64,000 nt of DNA from a virus: IMG/VR virus record IMGVR_UViG_3300009157_000001, positions 1-64,000 of that record; one strand, 5' to 3'. How positions within the stretch are numbered: position 1 is the first letter of the stretch; each line of letters starts with the position of its first letter. Below the pieces are notes generated by a model. That model was not told the DNA's origin and did no database searches. It was given only the letters and a program-made list of their open reading frames with translations. A program made the position numbers and the translations under genes. Positions 22,001 through 30,278 of the stretch are shown piece by piece.

Positions 22001-23263
22001 GATAAGGCCTTACAGAATATATTTAACTTAAAGACCTTATTCTCTGATCCTGTAAATAGTATAGGAGGACAGTTTCTTTCCATAGTCAATAGAAATCCCA
22101 GCCTGGAAAAAGACTATAGTCTCATAGCAAATATGGGTGTATCCACGGATCTCAATCTGAAGATGTACAACCTTGTCCTAAAAGACAGAGACCTGGATAC
22201 TCTTAAAAAAGACAATTATCATGAGAATCTTAATAATCTTTCTGATATATCTATCAAGAAAGTAGAAGATCCTCAGGAGAACCGGTTCATAAGTGAGTTC
22301 TTCATAAAACTTCCTTTCTATGCCTATTTGCAGTCAGGTCTTAGTAAGAATGAATTCTCATTTACAAGTATAGTTTCTCCTGAACCTTTTGCAAAGATTA
22401 TGGAAAAACCTACACAAGATTTTACTGATAACTATCTCAGCTGGAAAGAAATGGGACCTGAGGATATTAAATCTCTAGATCCCAATCTGAAGAAACTTTT
22501 AGATAAAGATCCTTCTGCTCATAGAGCAGGTAGAGAAGGAACAGGTCCTTATATCAAAAAGGAATCAGGGAAGTACTTCATCCAAGAAAATCCTTGGATG
22601 CTGGACATATTTTATGAGTATTTCTTAAACAACAACCAGAAGTATAACCGCAGGATGAGATCCCGGTTTAAGAACTATGTTGTGAACAGAGCCTCTTCTA
22701 AGATTGCTACTGATATACTTAACCGGGATATCCTGGTAGATTTCAACAGAACCTCTGATCCTAATACTGTAACTTTTGATGGTTATGTCAAAAGGGATGA
22801 GCTGATGAGACTTCTAAATTCTTATCCCGATATAATTTTTGTACATAAGGATACTTTTACTGCAGTTGAGAAGAATCTTCACAGAGCAGGTAATGAAGGG
22901 GATATGAAGATGGCAGATAATGCCGTGGGGATAAGAAGCTCATTCCAGACATTTAATGGAGATTGGGGGGCCAAGACCTCTGAGCAGGTGGAGAAGATAA
23001 AGAGTATGATAGAGGAAGATCTGCAGCCAGCAATTGAAGCAAGGAAAGCAGGAAAGACTATAGCATTTAGTAGTGGAGGTTTTGGTACTAAACTCAAGGG
23101 TTTAGATAGGGAAATCTTCTTATATTTGTCAAAGAGGTTATATGAAGAGTTTGGATACATCAATCCTACTTCATTAGATGAAACCTCTCTGAGAGAAATA
23201 GTAGAGTCCCAACAAGGAATTTCTCAGCAGGAAGTAGAAGAATCAATCCGGAATTGTGCATGA
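13001..23263 (+). CDS. Giant virion RNA polymerase (crAss-like, phi14:2 gp66 type) with zincin domain
   Basis: 3420 aa; RIPVQG...GADFDIDKL catalytic motif (DFDID at 19628-19642); DGQGW motif; HEAWH zincin motif at 15104-15118. Confidence 0.92.
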   Translation: MNCTLDRKQQEQLFAKVFKDLLDTVDKSKEFNFRLYARSIYDLVQGHTKDNTLALTYVSLLPQNIRMSVGQRASIAKLVAPTFSEIVDLESQFEDLETVTEYLGISEQAVKDIQVSVKTDSELTGTPIPKDTLDKRDITFQAMPLSPLATWGQEGYFIDFERDPAERRALKDVPDPEKKWHYDVTRKILRDTRDGKKPNLYVSVISSTRIPEDSVYPEFRDPKRRAAIERYGMDHSIALAITDGIGNLVYFDDNFEITSQDKGKVAYTYMRIPKLEKKEFILDFGEVVSIEDLLRKEDTQRRDNGVPPYTEKEANIRRKELHRQRQEQFRLLYEISQYIKSDPLNNITTNITGGSFGYFNNEVLTPLSATNVSDQEILGIRFERDQGENAGYSVIKLNNVDRTIRVDRPEMTSDIAEKIADVLTKSLEVEGTPMFPSDRASYAKQFLYFKKKPDPSQPIFIEADDRANTLVISLAGERIELSTLKTPVEVENAKNRIVQALMTAVSTKTGKRPVRMNINGDHLKTGQYIDYEISGDNATRQIKSYAQFLRDTTSIYAQVNSNGDISELNAYLTFSVPDSELGKIRGDKSPEEVTSPLNTEVQYRRVEPGSEIDKILRGSPLDKKETGDPDQFLDALKKLKAIPNDASKQQILDAKTWYETSPLSKHVPFTEMFNIVNSDAFAQWTVDGITLFEGSNYTDLYHEAWHGFSQLFLSRQQKRDLYKEARKLSGSFKTYSGTNIPFSLASDLQLEEHIAEDFRKYVISKGKSILGGRPHRNSIFRRILNFLRELFFGVTMTEAMSQMETVSKIKDLYDKLYLGNLNEYRSSIDNVQFGRLNKGLQSLTNPEDTLSLEDSRTLVESVDSLLSEAVNKKNFRDTTHRFTTTLFTDRENLRNAYAYVKARLTQYYNDWVIKAEEEENPFVKEQYLSKARILGFGIDNYGNIDQVLAGKETEGLVAYQRQKSRYLGVSEKLYDIGEDPSNSEEAIKGTLRVGDRSGNELSLKQLAQGQTLYLIRSVHKIRDGKSVLNKVGIPELADFDKVWNSLVRTLAGSYEPMEIFRRLNEYKNIHPEFAQILDKLGTPYKDYANIPSGEGDNAEFDLWTGFWQDFNKPRISLVQLVIDRVETKVGGEVTEIKYDMRGGEVSADFYRVKSNWKNKFRVDDPTQNPYIKKDLTKVNYLDLPKIISTFSEKGKVPKDKTFDFLRAIGFYLDDKPDIRVLVSDKYEDFGVNWLLKALVAAEEAKVVISDPIDFLESSHPKIGIESNSSGRVKKILSFHSRVSDEFSNFSSINPENNREYEHSLNNSMTKMVEGVNRGTKYQDMRDIPKMSYLDSRRNPFVKSSVLLNSIFILDVPETDSRYGQRRKSNLEEGSKVVTLKLENLSGTQLLVNSLYPEIGVKTSKSDRTTKFLEDFHMLLLHGRSEVIKHASKSTSYDLVVDKIITDPTKKDSNLYVDIDTFVSRSGSDDYSGFGQAFDILMKYLGAELSRVHEVRTNKDIYKKAKGYNRPVEGKDDKGESLIAGEVLTAFDDILSQDVKQKLYTLIKTGEFVVEIQKDKYNALKIKIREQVKNYFDKQVSLNEEIMNENRYIHPEIIKKISSKRPNLPPGDMQKAALRAFTYNQWMHNFESTILIYGDSAQYNHDKKEFVKRNSGAASTGYVFRTDQGAQDFINNYWSRPYTKSKNLPVSRYDGTMNTSVLQDMEIQSIYLPQYEKALRDYFTKRYSKSKLSDKERKKIVEERVQSAIEPYTKMKEGDGQGWVGFDAYRILRKLENKWSDRHEKLYQDIIAGREVYEDITSFFPVYKAQYYGPLANQIKENGLPITAMHKFSLFPLIPTVIKGTELEKMHDKMMREEVDYTLFESGSKVGSVTSDGRPDAYYTIDSEGNRRLNEEVPFTKNTIYLDYLKDQVDIADEYKGNATFSTQLRKLIISGLFEGGSPVNKEAGEIADRYIKNIDLLTELKKQELLREAGWQEDEDGNISGPMRNLLEIARTTLSARDFSDHELEFLDYNEETGDIAFDLSLHPSSEQIEKILTALIANRLVRQKIRGEALVQVSTSMFEKKALIERHFKNPSQDDLDKYGTNDLPSYRKPLKEENPDYSEKTLAMKVKIALQGDFGNLLKLRHKDGNRIGTGSPEEQLRRLNETIRDEEWLNKDKNRKMVTMVGARIPVQGLNSMEFMEVYEFLPTSAGSVIVPPSEIVAKAGADFDIDKLTIFMPAISKNGSYLSKDFDSIEAIEKRIREVESEKDTAYNNLGKRFDEAKVAFKAGKSLETDKMRELLIAMEVATDRRAQLLDNIRENLTQIEGYTRVPKELVGATGMGDIELLRALNQVNSGLRKLKDIDESVHEDFLAIKSLREDIDSIREELESSAGKNETLYKKYSDLRQQVREQLTPYKDQLRYLNEQKTKFMSTVENAVIEDIRTILELPQNFVSLIRPNNTDIAKPISENLEPHVSKYNPNMRISDTTSKRFSPTRIFEAGYNLYVHETSNIAGKALGIAAVENTYDSIFDQIGAYLQEGYTYTTRKGKKQPRRIKILLNHNSQIYTDNTGVEKTGISLSSLYDANGEHRVSDIISQIMNGLVDIVKDTWVSNIQGNNEIMPVFLFLLKTGVPVKEAAWFVSQPLVLEYVKQQRLMKSTFAEPLGRVPRDYQGKINYNFFRVRAREAITTELLGKEFTVLDLYKEIVNKTGEETIKPETIEKIVTTQDRSSEDAVKAFLHYIEIEEMMKGIQELKFATNVDTKRSTSLFDAIMRTVRINSLRENSRLAPELVDKIMDESVIGSFFVQDFQVKLLGKLFKFRNNDIVNTFLKDKLNRSQADVEDTFDDQEEFVRTFKNDLVSFVFQNQIKGFNLSHFKTYKGFDATTEVPIKLIDKLDFGAFVKEDVMYIDKTQLEKDWESGLYTKSNKEKNNYNSRGLATLDPTTFTWQGVKNKNEFFHFVVEREYLRSTIPFSDYRKTLEFKRANLLNQQIPKLEGENQESFERRVKKITYEETLRDKALQNIFNLKTLFSDPVNSIGGQFLSIVNRNPSLEKDYSLIANMGVSTDLNLKMYNLVLKDRDLDTLKKDNYHENLNNLSDISIKKVEDPQENRFISEFFIKLPFYAYLQSGLSKNEFSFTSIVSPEPFAKIMEKPTQDFTDNYLSWKEMGPEDIKSLDPNLKKLLDKDPSAHRAGREGTGPYIKKESGKYFIQENPWMLDIFYEYFLNNNQKYNRRMRSRFKNYVVNRASSKIATDILNRDILVDFNRTSDPNTVTFDGYVKRDELMRLLNSYPDIIFVHKDTFTAVEKNLHRAGNEGDMKMADNAVGIRSSFQTFNGDWGAKTSEQVEKIKSMIEEDLQPAIEARKAGKTIAFSSGGFGTKLKGLDREIFLYLSKRLYEEFGYINPTSLDETSLREIVESQQGISQQEVEESIRNCA

Positions 23264-26200
23264 TAGCTTGTCCAAATAAATCTTCTCCAGCATGGACCTC
23301 CTTAGTCTCAACTATAGGAGAGAATGAGACATGGAAAACCTGGATAAGAAACAAAGGAGAGTATCCTAGTCCTCTAGAGGCTGCTTACCAGATGTATCTG
23401 GAAGAGAGCAAGGATAATGCTATATCTACCCTTTGGCTCAACCTGGCTATTAAGAATGACCTAGGACTTGTTAATAGACAGATGGGTACCTTGGATCTTA
23501 TAAGAATGGCCGATACAACCTTATTTGAGGATAAGAATTTTCTTAGATGGACCACAGAAAAGAACCTAGCCAAGCCTCTTGGATTAGTTCCTGTAAAACC
23601 GTTAGAAAAATCTCTGACCATAGAACTTGCTGGTACTATGGATGTTATAAATGATATAAACAGAACATGGCCGGATCCTACCCCATATTATATAAGTATG
23701 GATTATTCCTCTCTTAAACAGGATAGGGCCCTGGAGATAGCAAGTAAAATTGCAGATAGGTTTGCTTCTCAGCTTAGTATAGCATATGAGATACTAGACT
23801 CTACCCAGGCAGATAAGTTACTAGCCAAGACAGAAACTCCCTATAGAGGACAGGCCGGGTTCTTCTTCTCTGGAAAGGTATATCTTGTTAAGGATAAGAT
23901 CACCCCGGAGATTGTAGTACATGAGTTTTCTCATCCCTTCATTAAAGCTATATCTCTGGATAACAAACCACTATTTGAGTCTCTTTATATCCAGCTTACC
24001 CAATCTCAGGAGGGATTGGATACTATAGACAAAGTTAAAGTCTTGTATCCTAATCTCGATATAGAATCTGACCGGTTCAAAGAAGAAGTCATAGTACATG
24101 GCCTGGAAGATTCTGCCACAAAAAATATGCTGGATCAAACTACTTCTCAGGGTTTTAAGAAGTTTGTACAGAATCTTCTCTACTCAATTAAGCAGATCTT
24201 AAGAAAGTTGTTTGGTAAATCTGTCAAAGTATCCGATCTATCCCCAACTACTACCCTTGAGGAATTATCCCAAATGCTTACCAGTAAAGACTTTGTGATA
24301 GATACCCAGGCTGTAACTAATCAGGATATTGCTGAGTTCAAAGAGTCTGCAGAGAAATACATGAAAGATCTCAAGGCTCTCCAGGATAGTAATAAGACTA
24401 TGAAAACTCTAAATACTGCTTACGAGATAGCAAGTAGTCAGATGAGATGGGTCATGAACAATCCCAAAGCCTTTTCAAAGATCAGGGAGATTCTGGCAGG
24501 AGAGTACAAATCAGGAATACTCAGAGATATCAAAGATCAACTTTCTGCTTTTCAAGATGTTGAGGTATTCAATCAGGAAGCTTTTGATCTTAGAAGGAGA
24601 ATGTTTGACTATAAACAGCAACAAGCCACTGCTCTGGTAGGTAGTATAATAGGACTTAAAGACTTCTCAGTAAGAGTTTTTGAAGACCTTTCAAGAATAG
24701 CCCGGGAATCTGGGGATCCTTCAAAAGAAACTATAGGAGATGTTATTTACTATAATAAGTTACTTGACTCCTGGGGAAAATTCATAAATGAAATGAAGGA
24801 GGATATGAGAAAAGCTGCAATACCAGCTACCTCAGAGCTATCCAACCTTATAAATAATATAGATGGAGTATTAGGACAGGCCAAAGCTACATCTTCAGAA
24901 CTCTACACAAGGTTTTCTGGAGGCTTCTTTGAGAAAGCAGTAGAGCAGATGAACAATCAGGTTGAGGAAAGATACCAGAGAAGAAAGAAAGAGCTAGAAA
25001 AGAAGAATGCTCCGAAGTCTGAGGTCCAGGAGAATGAGGAGTTTTATAAGAAATTCCACTTAAGCAGACAGAAATTAGAAGATATACTTACTGGTAAGTC
25101 CGGAGAGACTAGTTGGGAGCAAAAGACCAAATGGCTTAATGGTATTGCTGAAAGCTTTACTTTATCCACAAGTCCCATAGTAGGAACCTTTGCAACATTT
25201 CTCAAGGATTCCTATACAGACTTTGAGACTTCTGTGCAAAAGAAGTCTAATAAGTTCATGTCTGAATTAAGACCTTTGCTTGAGGATGCAGGATATAATC
25301 CAGATAGACTTGAGAATTTCTGGAGCCAGGTCCTTTTTAAAGATACCGTTGCCATAAGAAATGATAAGGGAGAACTTGAAAAGAAAGAGGTATGGGCATT
25401 TCTTAATCAATGGAAAGATTACAGATATGACTTATCTGTTGCAGAACAAGACCTGGAAGAGGCTAAAGAGAGTCAGGATCCGGAGGCAGTATCTACTGCT
25501 TTAGAAAAACTAAGTAGTCTAAAGAGATATTTTCATCAACCTTACTCCTCTGAACTTTATCAGATGGAGGATAAGTATAAGAAGACTCCTTTGGGAGTAG
25601 AAGCCTTTCATGAAGCAAGTATTGTACTTGCCAAGATAAGAGAGAGAACAAATACCAGTATTCCAGAGATAGAACAATACACCGGATTTGATGAGGTTAA
25701 TGAGCTCTGGAGAGACTACCTTCAGTTATCTTCTCTGACTGATATAGACGGGAACCAAAAAACCGGAAGAGACCTTGAGAAGGCCCGGTTACTTAAGTCT
25801 TACAGACAGGAATCCTCTAAGTTTTATGAATGGAAACCAAAAGAGGGTGCTTTTGAGAAGGCTCTGGATACTTTTGAAGAACAACTTGAGGCAGCAGGAA
25901 CTGCCCGGGGAACTGCTGACTTTAATCAGAATGTACAAGACTGGATAAAGAAAAATACCCGGGTGGTTTATGACCAAGCCTGGTATGAAGAACGTGCAGA
26001 TAAGTTTGCAAAGATAAAGGAGATCACTGCTAAGCTAGACCAGAAGCTTCAGTCTCAGATTGATATATCTTCCGGATGGGAAGAGATCTTAGATACTACT
26101 GCAGGGTACAGAGATAGTGAAGGACAGCCTGTTGCTAGTGATATGGGAGATAAGAGAATTGCCCGGATAAAGAGGATACAACAAGACATAGTAGATGCCC

Positions 26201-28869
26201 AAGCAAAATTTGCTGGAATGTCTGGGTTGACAGTTGAGGAAATGGACCGGTTAAATTTCTACTTTGATAAACGCAGACAAAACCTATGGCTCACTGAGCA
26301 GGAGCAAGAAGACTTTAATGACTTAAGCTCCAAGAAGATTATTCAGGGCCTGGATCAGTTTGAAAAGATAGAACTGTTTAAACTCTATGCTGAGCTCAAG
26401 GAACTACAGGTAAAGGAACCTACTGATTATTATTTGGATAGGGTAAATTACTGGATGAGGGAACTGGAGCAAGCTACTGTAGATAAGGTATCTGCAGATA
26501 ACCTACTTAAATCTGAGGTTATAAGGCCGTTGCTTAGTAAGGATGATAAGTTCCGGACCTGGTTTGAAGCAAACCATGTAAGAAAAGAGACATTTGATAA
26601 GGAGACCAGGACCAAGAAAGAGGTCTGGGAAAGGGTTTATGTATGGAATGTTATAAAACCCCGGGATCCTAAGTATATAAAGACTACTACTTTAAAGAAG
26701 ATAGATCCTACAACAGGTAATCCTATGATTATCCAAGGGGAACCAACAAGGAGGTTTCAGTACAGAACTGTAAAATCTCAGTATAGAACTAAAAGGATTG
26801 TAGGGGAGACTATTGATAATAGAGGGAAGTGGTTACCAAAAACTGTAGTTCAGGATGCCCCGGATAGCAGGTATGTTAATGAAGAGTATTTTAAACTTCA
26901 GAGAGATAACCCTAAGTTATTTAAACTTCTAAAGGTTATAACCAAACATCACCTTGAGTTTCAGGAGAACTCTCCTTCTAACAGCAGACTCTGGCTTGAC
27001 CTACCTAGGTACCGGAAGGATAACCTTGAGTACCTCCAATCGGGAGGGGCTGCTAAGACCGGTAATGCCTTAAAGACCTGGGTAAAAGGAATAAGAGATA
27101 GTTTTGCTAAATCCAAGGATGACTATGATCAGGGACTTAATTTTGAGCCGGATCAACAATTTACACTAGTCAGGGCTGATGTCTTTGGGGAGGAGATCCA
27201 AAGGATCCCTATAACCGGTTTATATAACATGGATATAGACCAGACCTCTTTAGATGTATTATTTGGCATGCACCGGTATCTTTACTCTGCAGAGAGACAG
27301 AAGAAGCTCCTGGAGATAGATCCTATAGCCCAGGCCATAAAACAAACCTTAAACAACCCGGATCATGCCATAAAGGATCTTACTAAAGTAAGTAGGTTTA
27401 GTTTTGTGAAGAGGGGTGAAATGAAGCACCTACCTCTAAAAGGTAAGAAGAACATAATGGCTCAGCAATTTAACTCCTTGTACGATAGGGAGTTCTTAGG
27501 TCAGCAGGTTGCCGGGGACTTCCAGGCATCCTCTGAATTAAACAAGTTTGCTAACTTTCTTATGAAAGGGGCCTCTATGAGCTTCCTGGCATTAAAGATA
27601 CCTTCTGCTGTTGTCAATACCTTTGGTGGGGTATTCCAAAACATTATAGAGACCGCCGGAGGGCAATATGTGAACCCGGTGAGTCTTGCTAAGGGATCCA
27701 CAACAGCAACCCAGGCTATGATGTCTGTGAGCTCTGAGATATACAAAAGAGGCCCCAAGAGTCTATTATCCCAGATGATAGATATATTTGATGCGGTGCA
27801 AGGAAGGTTTGAGACTGACTTTGGAAGATCTTCTTCAAGGACTGTTCTCAGAGACACTGCCAGTCTAAGCTGGATGATGTCTCCCAGAGAATTTGGTCAG
27901 ATGGGGTCCCAGCTACAGTTATTCTTTGGTATGATGCATAATGTATTTGTGGATCAGGTACTTCCAGACGGCACTACTAAAAAACTAGAATATGCAGATG
28001 CTTGGGAAATGCAGGAGGGTCAGATAAAGTTAAAAGAGGGGATAGATAAGTCCTGGGATACAGACGGGGAGAATTTTAAGATGTGGAAAAGGAGGATGCA
28101 GGAGAGGGCCAATCAGCTATATGGTACATATGCTAAGTTTGACCAGGCCGATGGGAACCGGTACCTGCTGTGGAGATTTGTTACTTTCCTTAGAAAGTAC
28201 TTTGTTTCCATGGTGATGTCACGCTTTGGAGTAGAAAGATATAATTGGGGAATGACTGATGTGCAGAGGGGATTTTATACAGAGGCGGGACTGTCCATGA
28301 TTAAGACTATCAGGACCTTAGGACAGCATGTGAAGTATATGAGTGCCGGTGAGAAGATAGCTTTCAGGAAACTTACTGCAGAAATGATGCAGATTACCTT
28401 ACTTACCATGTTAGGAGGATTGCTCTTTGGATATGATGATGATGACAAGGAGAGATATGAGAAGTTAAGAGCCAAGTCCGGACCTTTAGGATCTGAGAAC
28501 TTTGAACTTGCAGGATGGTTGTCTAACCAAGCCCTTTACACCATGATGAAGACCCGGGATGAGAACTCGTCTTTTATTCCTTGGCCAGGTATGGGATTAG
28601 ATGATTATATGCAGTACAAGAATGTTACTTCTATAGCTTTTGGACCTACAGTTGATGCCTGGGCTACTATAGCACAAGACCTGTGGCAAATCTCCTTAGG
28701 GGATGAAAGTGCTTACTATAAAAGGGATGTAGGTCCATATACTTGGCAGAAAGAAGAATCTGCCAAGCTATGGAACCACGTAGGTAAGATGTTGGGAATG
28801 ACAGGAACTTCTGTGGATCCTGTTCTGGCTATTAAGAACTTTGAGACTATGAAGTCGAAGATAAAGTAG
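23260..28869 (+). CDS. Giant virion protein with zincin domain (third protein of the RNAP block)
   Basis: Start moved to ATG 23260 (ATGA overlap with the RNAP stop); HEFSH...EE at 23920-23934; hydrophobic C-terminal region. Confidence 0.8.
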   Translation: MIACPNKSSPAWTSLVSTIGENETWKTWIRNKGEYPSPLEAAYQMYLEESKDNAISTLWLNLAIKNDLGLVNRQMGTLDLIRMADTTLFEDKNFLRWTTEKNLAKPLGLVPVKPLEKSLTIELAGTMDVINDINRTWPDPTPYYISMDYSSLKQDRALEIASKIADRFASQLSIAYEILDSTQADKLLAKTETPYRGQAGFFFSGKVYLVKDKITPEIVVHEFSHPFIKAISLDNKPLFESLYIQLTQSQEGLDTIDKVKVLYPNLDIESDRFKEEVIVHGLEDSATKNMLDQTTSQGFKKFVQNLLYSIKQILRKLFGKSVKVSDLSPTTTLEELSQMLTSKDFVIDTQAVTNQDIAEFKESAEKYMKDLKALQDSNKTMKTLNTAYEIASSQMRWVMNNPKAFSKIREILAGEYKSGILRDIKDQLSAFQDVEVFNQEAFDLRRRMFDYKQQQATALVGSIIGLKDFSVRVFEDLSRIARESGDPSKETIGDVIYYNKLLDSWGKFINEMKEDMRKAAIPATSELSNLINNIDGVLGQAKATSSELYTRFSGGFFEKAVEQMNNQVEERYQRRKKELEKKNAPKSEVQENEEFYKKFHLSRQKLEDILTGKSGETSWEQKTKWLNGIAESFTLSTSPIVGTFATFLKDSYTDFETSVQKKSNKFMSELRPLLEDAGYNPDRLENFWSQVLFKDTVAIRNDKGELEKKEVWAFLNQWKDYRYDLSVAEQDLEEAKESQDPEAVSTALEKLSSLKRYFHQPYSSELYQMEDKYKKTPLGVEAFHEASIVLAKIRERTNTSIPEIEQYTGFDEVNELWRDYLQLSSLTDIDGNQKTGRDLEKARLLKSYRQESSKFYEWKPKEGAFEKALDTFEEQLEAAGTARGTADFNQNVQDWIKKNTRVVYDQAWYEERADKFAKIKEITAKLDQKLQSQIDISSGWEEILDTTAGYRDSEGQPVASDMGDKRIARIKRIQQDIVDAQAKFAGMSGLTVEEMDRLNFYFDKRRQNLWLTEQEQEDFNDLSSKKIIQGLDQFEKIELFKLYAELKELQVKEPTDYYLDRVNYWMRELEQATVDKVSADNLLKSEVIRPLLSKDDKFRTWFEANHVRKETFDKETRTKKEVWERVYVWNVIKPRDPKYIKTTTLKKIDPTTGNPMIIQGEPTRRFQYRTVKSQYRTKRIVGETIDNRGKWLPKTVVQDAPDSRYVNEEYFKLQRDNPKLFKLLKVITKHHLEFQENSPSNSRLWLDLPRYRKDNLEYLQSGGAAKTGNALKTWVKGIRDSFAKSKDDYDQGLNFEPDQQFTLVRADVFGEEIQRIPITGLYNMDIDQTSLDVLFGMHRYLYSAERQKKLLEIDPIAQAIKQTLNNPDHAIKDLTKVSRFSFVKRGEMKHLPLKGKKNIMAQQFNSLYDREFLGQQVAGDFQASSELNKFANFLMKGASMSFLALKIPSAVVNTFGGVFQNIIETAGGQYVNPVSLAKGSTTATQAMMSVSSEIYKRGPKSLLSQMIDIFDAVQGRFETDFGRSSSRTVLRDTASLSWMMSPREFGQMGSQLQLFFGMMHNVFVDQVLPDGTTKKLEYADAWEMQEGQIKLKEGIDKSWDTDGENFKMWKRRMQERANQLYGTYAKFDQADGNRYLLWRFVTFLRKYFVSMVMSRFGVERYNWGMTDVQRGFYTEAGLSMIKTIRTLGQHVKYMSAGEKIAFRKLTAEMMQITLLTMLGGLLFGYDDDDKERYEKLRAKSGPLGSENFELAGWLSNQALYTMMKTRDENSSFIPWPGMGLDDYMQYKNVTSIAFGPTVDAWATIAQDLWQISLGDESAYYKRDVGPYTWQKEESAKLWNHVGKMLGMTGTSVDPVLAIKNFETMKSKIK

Positions 28870-29041
28870 TAGGGCTTCCGGCCCAGAGATACTTCTCAGC
28901 ATCAAGAAGCATTTTCCTTTGAAACTTAAGATGGATTACTTGCATTATAATGGGTCCAAAAGGTTTACTGTTCTCATTCTTGAATTTGACATAGTTCTCT
29001 ATAGTCTTATCTGATACCCAAGCTAAGTTTTCCTCTATCAT
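28847..29041 (-). CDS. Hypothetical protein
   Basis: 64 aa; ATGA-coupled to the upstream ORF; last gene of the - strand block. Confidence 0.5.
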   Translation of the reverse strand: MIEENLAWVSDKTIENYVKFKNENSKPFGPIIMQVIHLKFQRKMLLDAEKYLWAGSPTTLSSTS

Positions 29042-29274
29042 TTCTTCTTTTTGACAGCACTGTTAAGTTTTAACTGATTGATCATCTCCCTAAGAAATTG
29101 ATCTCCCCTCTTGTATTGTTCCCGATATTTTATAACCAGGTCTATCTTTTCTACACTAAACCCCTCCTGAGTAATAATTTTCATATCAGCAGAGAGTTTC
29201 TTATACCTTTCCATCAGAGATTGATAGAGAGGCCTTCTTACAAAACTCTTACTTTGGGTTTTCTTTTTTGCCAT
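29038..29274 (-). CDS. Hypothetical basic protein
   Basis: 78 aa; tiles with neighbours. Confidence 0.55.
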   Translation of the reverse strand: MAKKKTQSKSFVRRPLYQSLMERYKKLSADMKIITQEGFSVEKIDLVIKYREQYKRGDQFLREMINQLKLNSAVKKKK

Positions 29275-29656
29275 GTTGTCTTTGTATATGTCCTGTTAGG
29301 TGAATATATGACCCCGGACAATGAGGACACTTTTTCTTAGCAGAAGCTCTTAGTTGATTATATAATTTTACCCTATTTTTCTCTGTCTCAATTAGTTTAT
29401 AATGAAGATTTCTTGCTTTCCCTTCGAGTTCTGCTTTCTCCTTTGCAAACTGTTTCTTTAGTTTAGTTTCTTCAGTCTCTCCTATAAAGGTTCTAGAATG
29501 TCCATTAGGACAATAAAAACTTCCATTCCTGGCTACCAGGGCATCATATCTCTCAGAAGGTATAAGGAAAGGCATCCCACAATGTCCACAGATCAGAGTC
29601 TTGAATTTTGTGGATACAGTGGTTAACTCTATCTCTTTTCCGTTATACAGACTCAT
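29249..29656 (-). CDS. Zinc-finger/coiled-coil protein
   Basis: CGHC...CPNGH, coiled coil, C-terminal CPHC...H...H (C2H2-like). Confidence 0.7.
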   Translation of the reverse strand: MSLYNGKEIELTTVSTKFKTLICGHCGMPFLIPSERYDALVARNGSFYCPNGHSRTFIGETEETKLKKQFAKEKAELEGKARNLHYKLIETEKNRVKLYNQLRASAKKKCPHCPGSYIHLTGHIQRQHGKKENPK

Positions 29657-29898
29657 TTTCTTAGAGATTCTATCATTTTCTTTTTCTCTTTTTCTAGTTT
29701 CTTAAGATCTATTTCAAAGAATTCTGCCAGAAGATCCTGTGTAGACCTTCTTGTTTGAACTGCATGAGGATGATCCTCAGGATATTCATGTAAAGACATA
29801 CCTTTTGTATTGCACCACTCGAGAAACTCTCCTATGCTCTGGGATTTACTAGTTATCTTCTCAAGTTTTGCATGTTCCGGATAAGGATATTTACTCAT
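29653..29898 (-). CDS. Hypothetical phage protein
   Basis: 81 aa; ATGA overlaps on both sides. Confidence 0.65.
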   Translation of the reverse strand: MSKYPYPEHAKLEKITSKSQSIGEFLEWCNTKGMSLHEYPEDHPHAVQTRRSTQDLLAEFFEIDLKKLEKEKKKMIESLRK

Positions 29899-30278
29899 AG
29901 GTTCATGTTGTTAGTTTCACAGAATTTAATACAGAAGTCAGATACTCTTATGAATACTGCCTTCTTTTTAGATTCCCATATTCCAATTTCAGGATCCTCC
30001 TTCATTGAGGCAGTAGACCCACTTATCACAATATTTGAACTCTCAGGGATAGACTCAATTTTCTCTACTATCGGCATTAGTTCATTCCAGGAAGAATCAT
30101 ACTTAAACCTGGCAATCCAGGATCTGTATATAGTTCCTTCCTTCTTAAATATGTTTCCTAGTCCTGGTTCATATGGATGAGGCCGGTCACTCTCTACCCA
30201 CCCATCAAACAGGGCTATTGCTTTCTTTCTTTTGTCTATTTCACTTTGTGTCATTGTCATAAGGTTTATAGAGTACAC
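29895..30278 (-). CDS. Hypothetical phage protein (YxxSWxxLMPIVEKIE motif)
   Basis: 127-aa ORF; true start probably a few codons downstream. Confidence 0.65.
   Translation of the reverse strand: MYSINLMTMTQSEIDKRKKAIALFDGWVESDRPHPYEPGLGNIFKKEGTIYRSWIARFKYDSSWNELMPIVEKIESIPESSNIVISGSTASMKEDPEIGIWESKKKAVFIRVSDFCIKFCETNNMNL

Noticed and set aside
574-28475. Many short antisense or alternate-frame ORFs inside the long genes (likewise + strand ORFs in the - block)
   Set aside because: Shadow ORFs fully overlapping well-supported genes, with no motifs and atypical composition.
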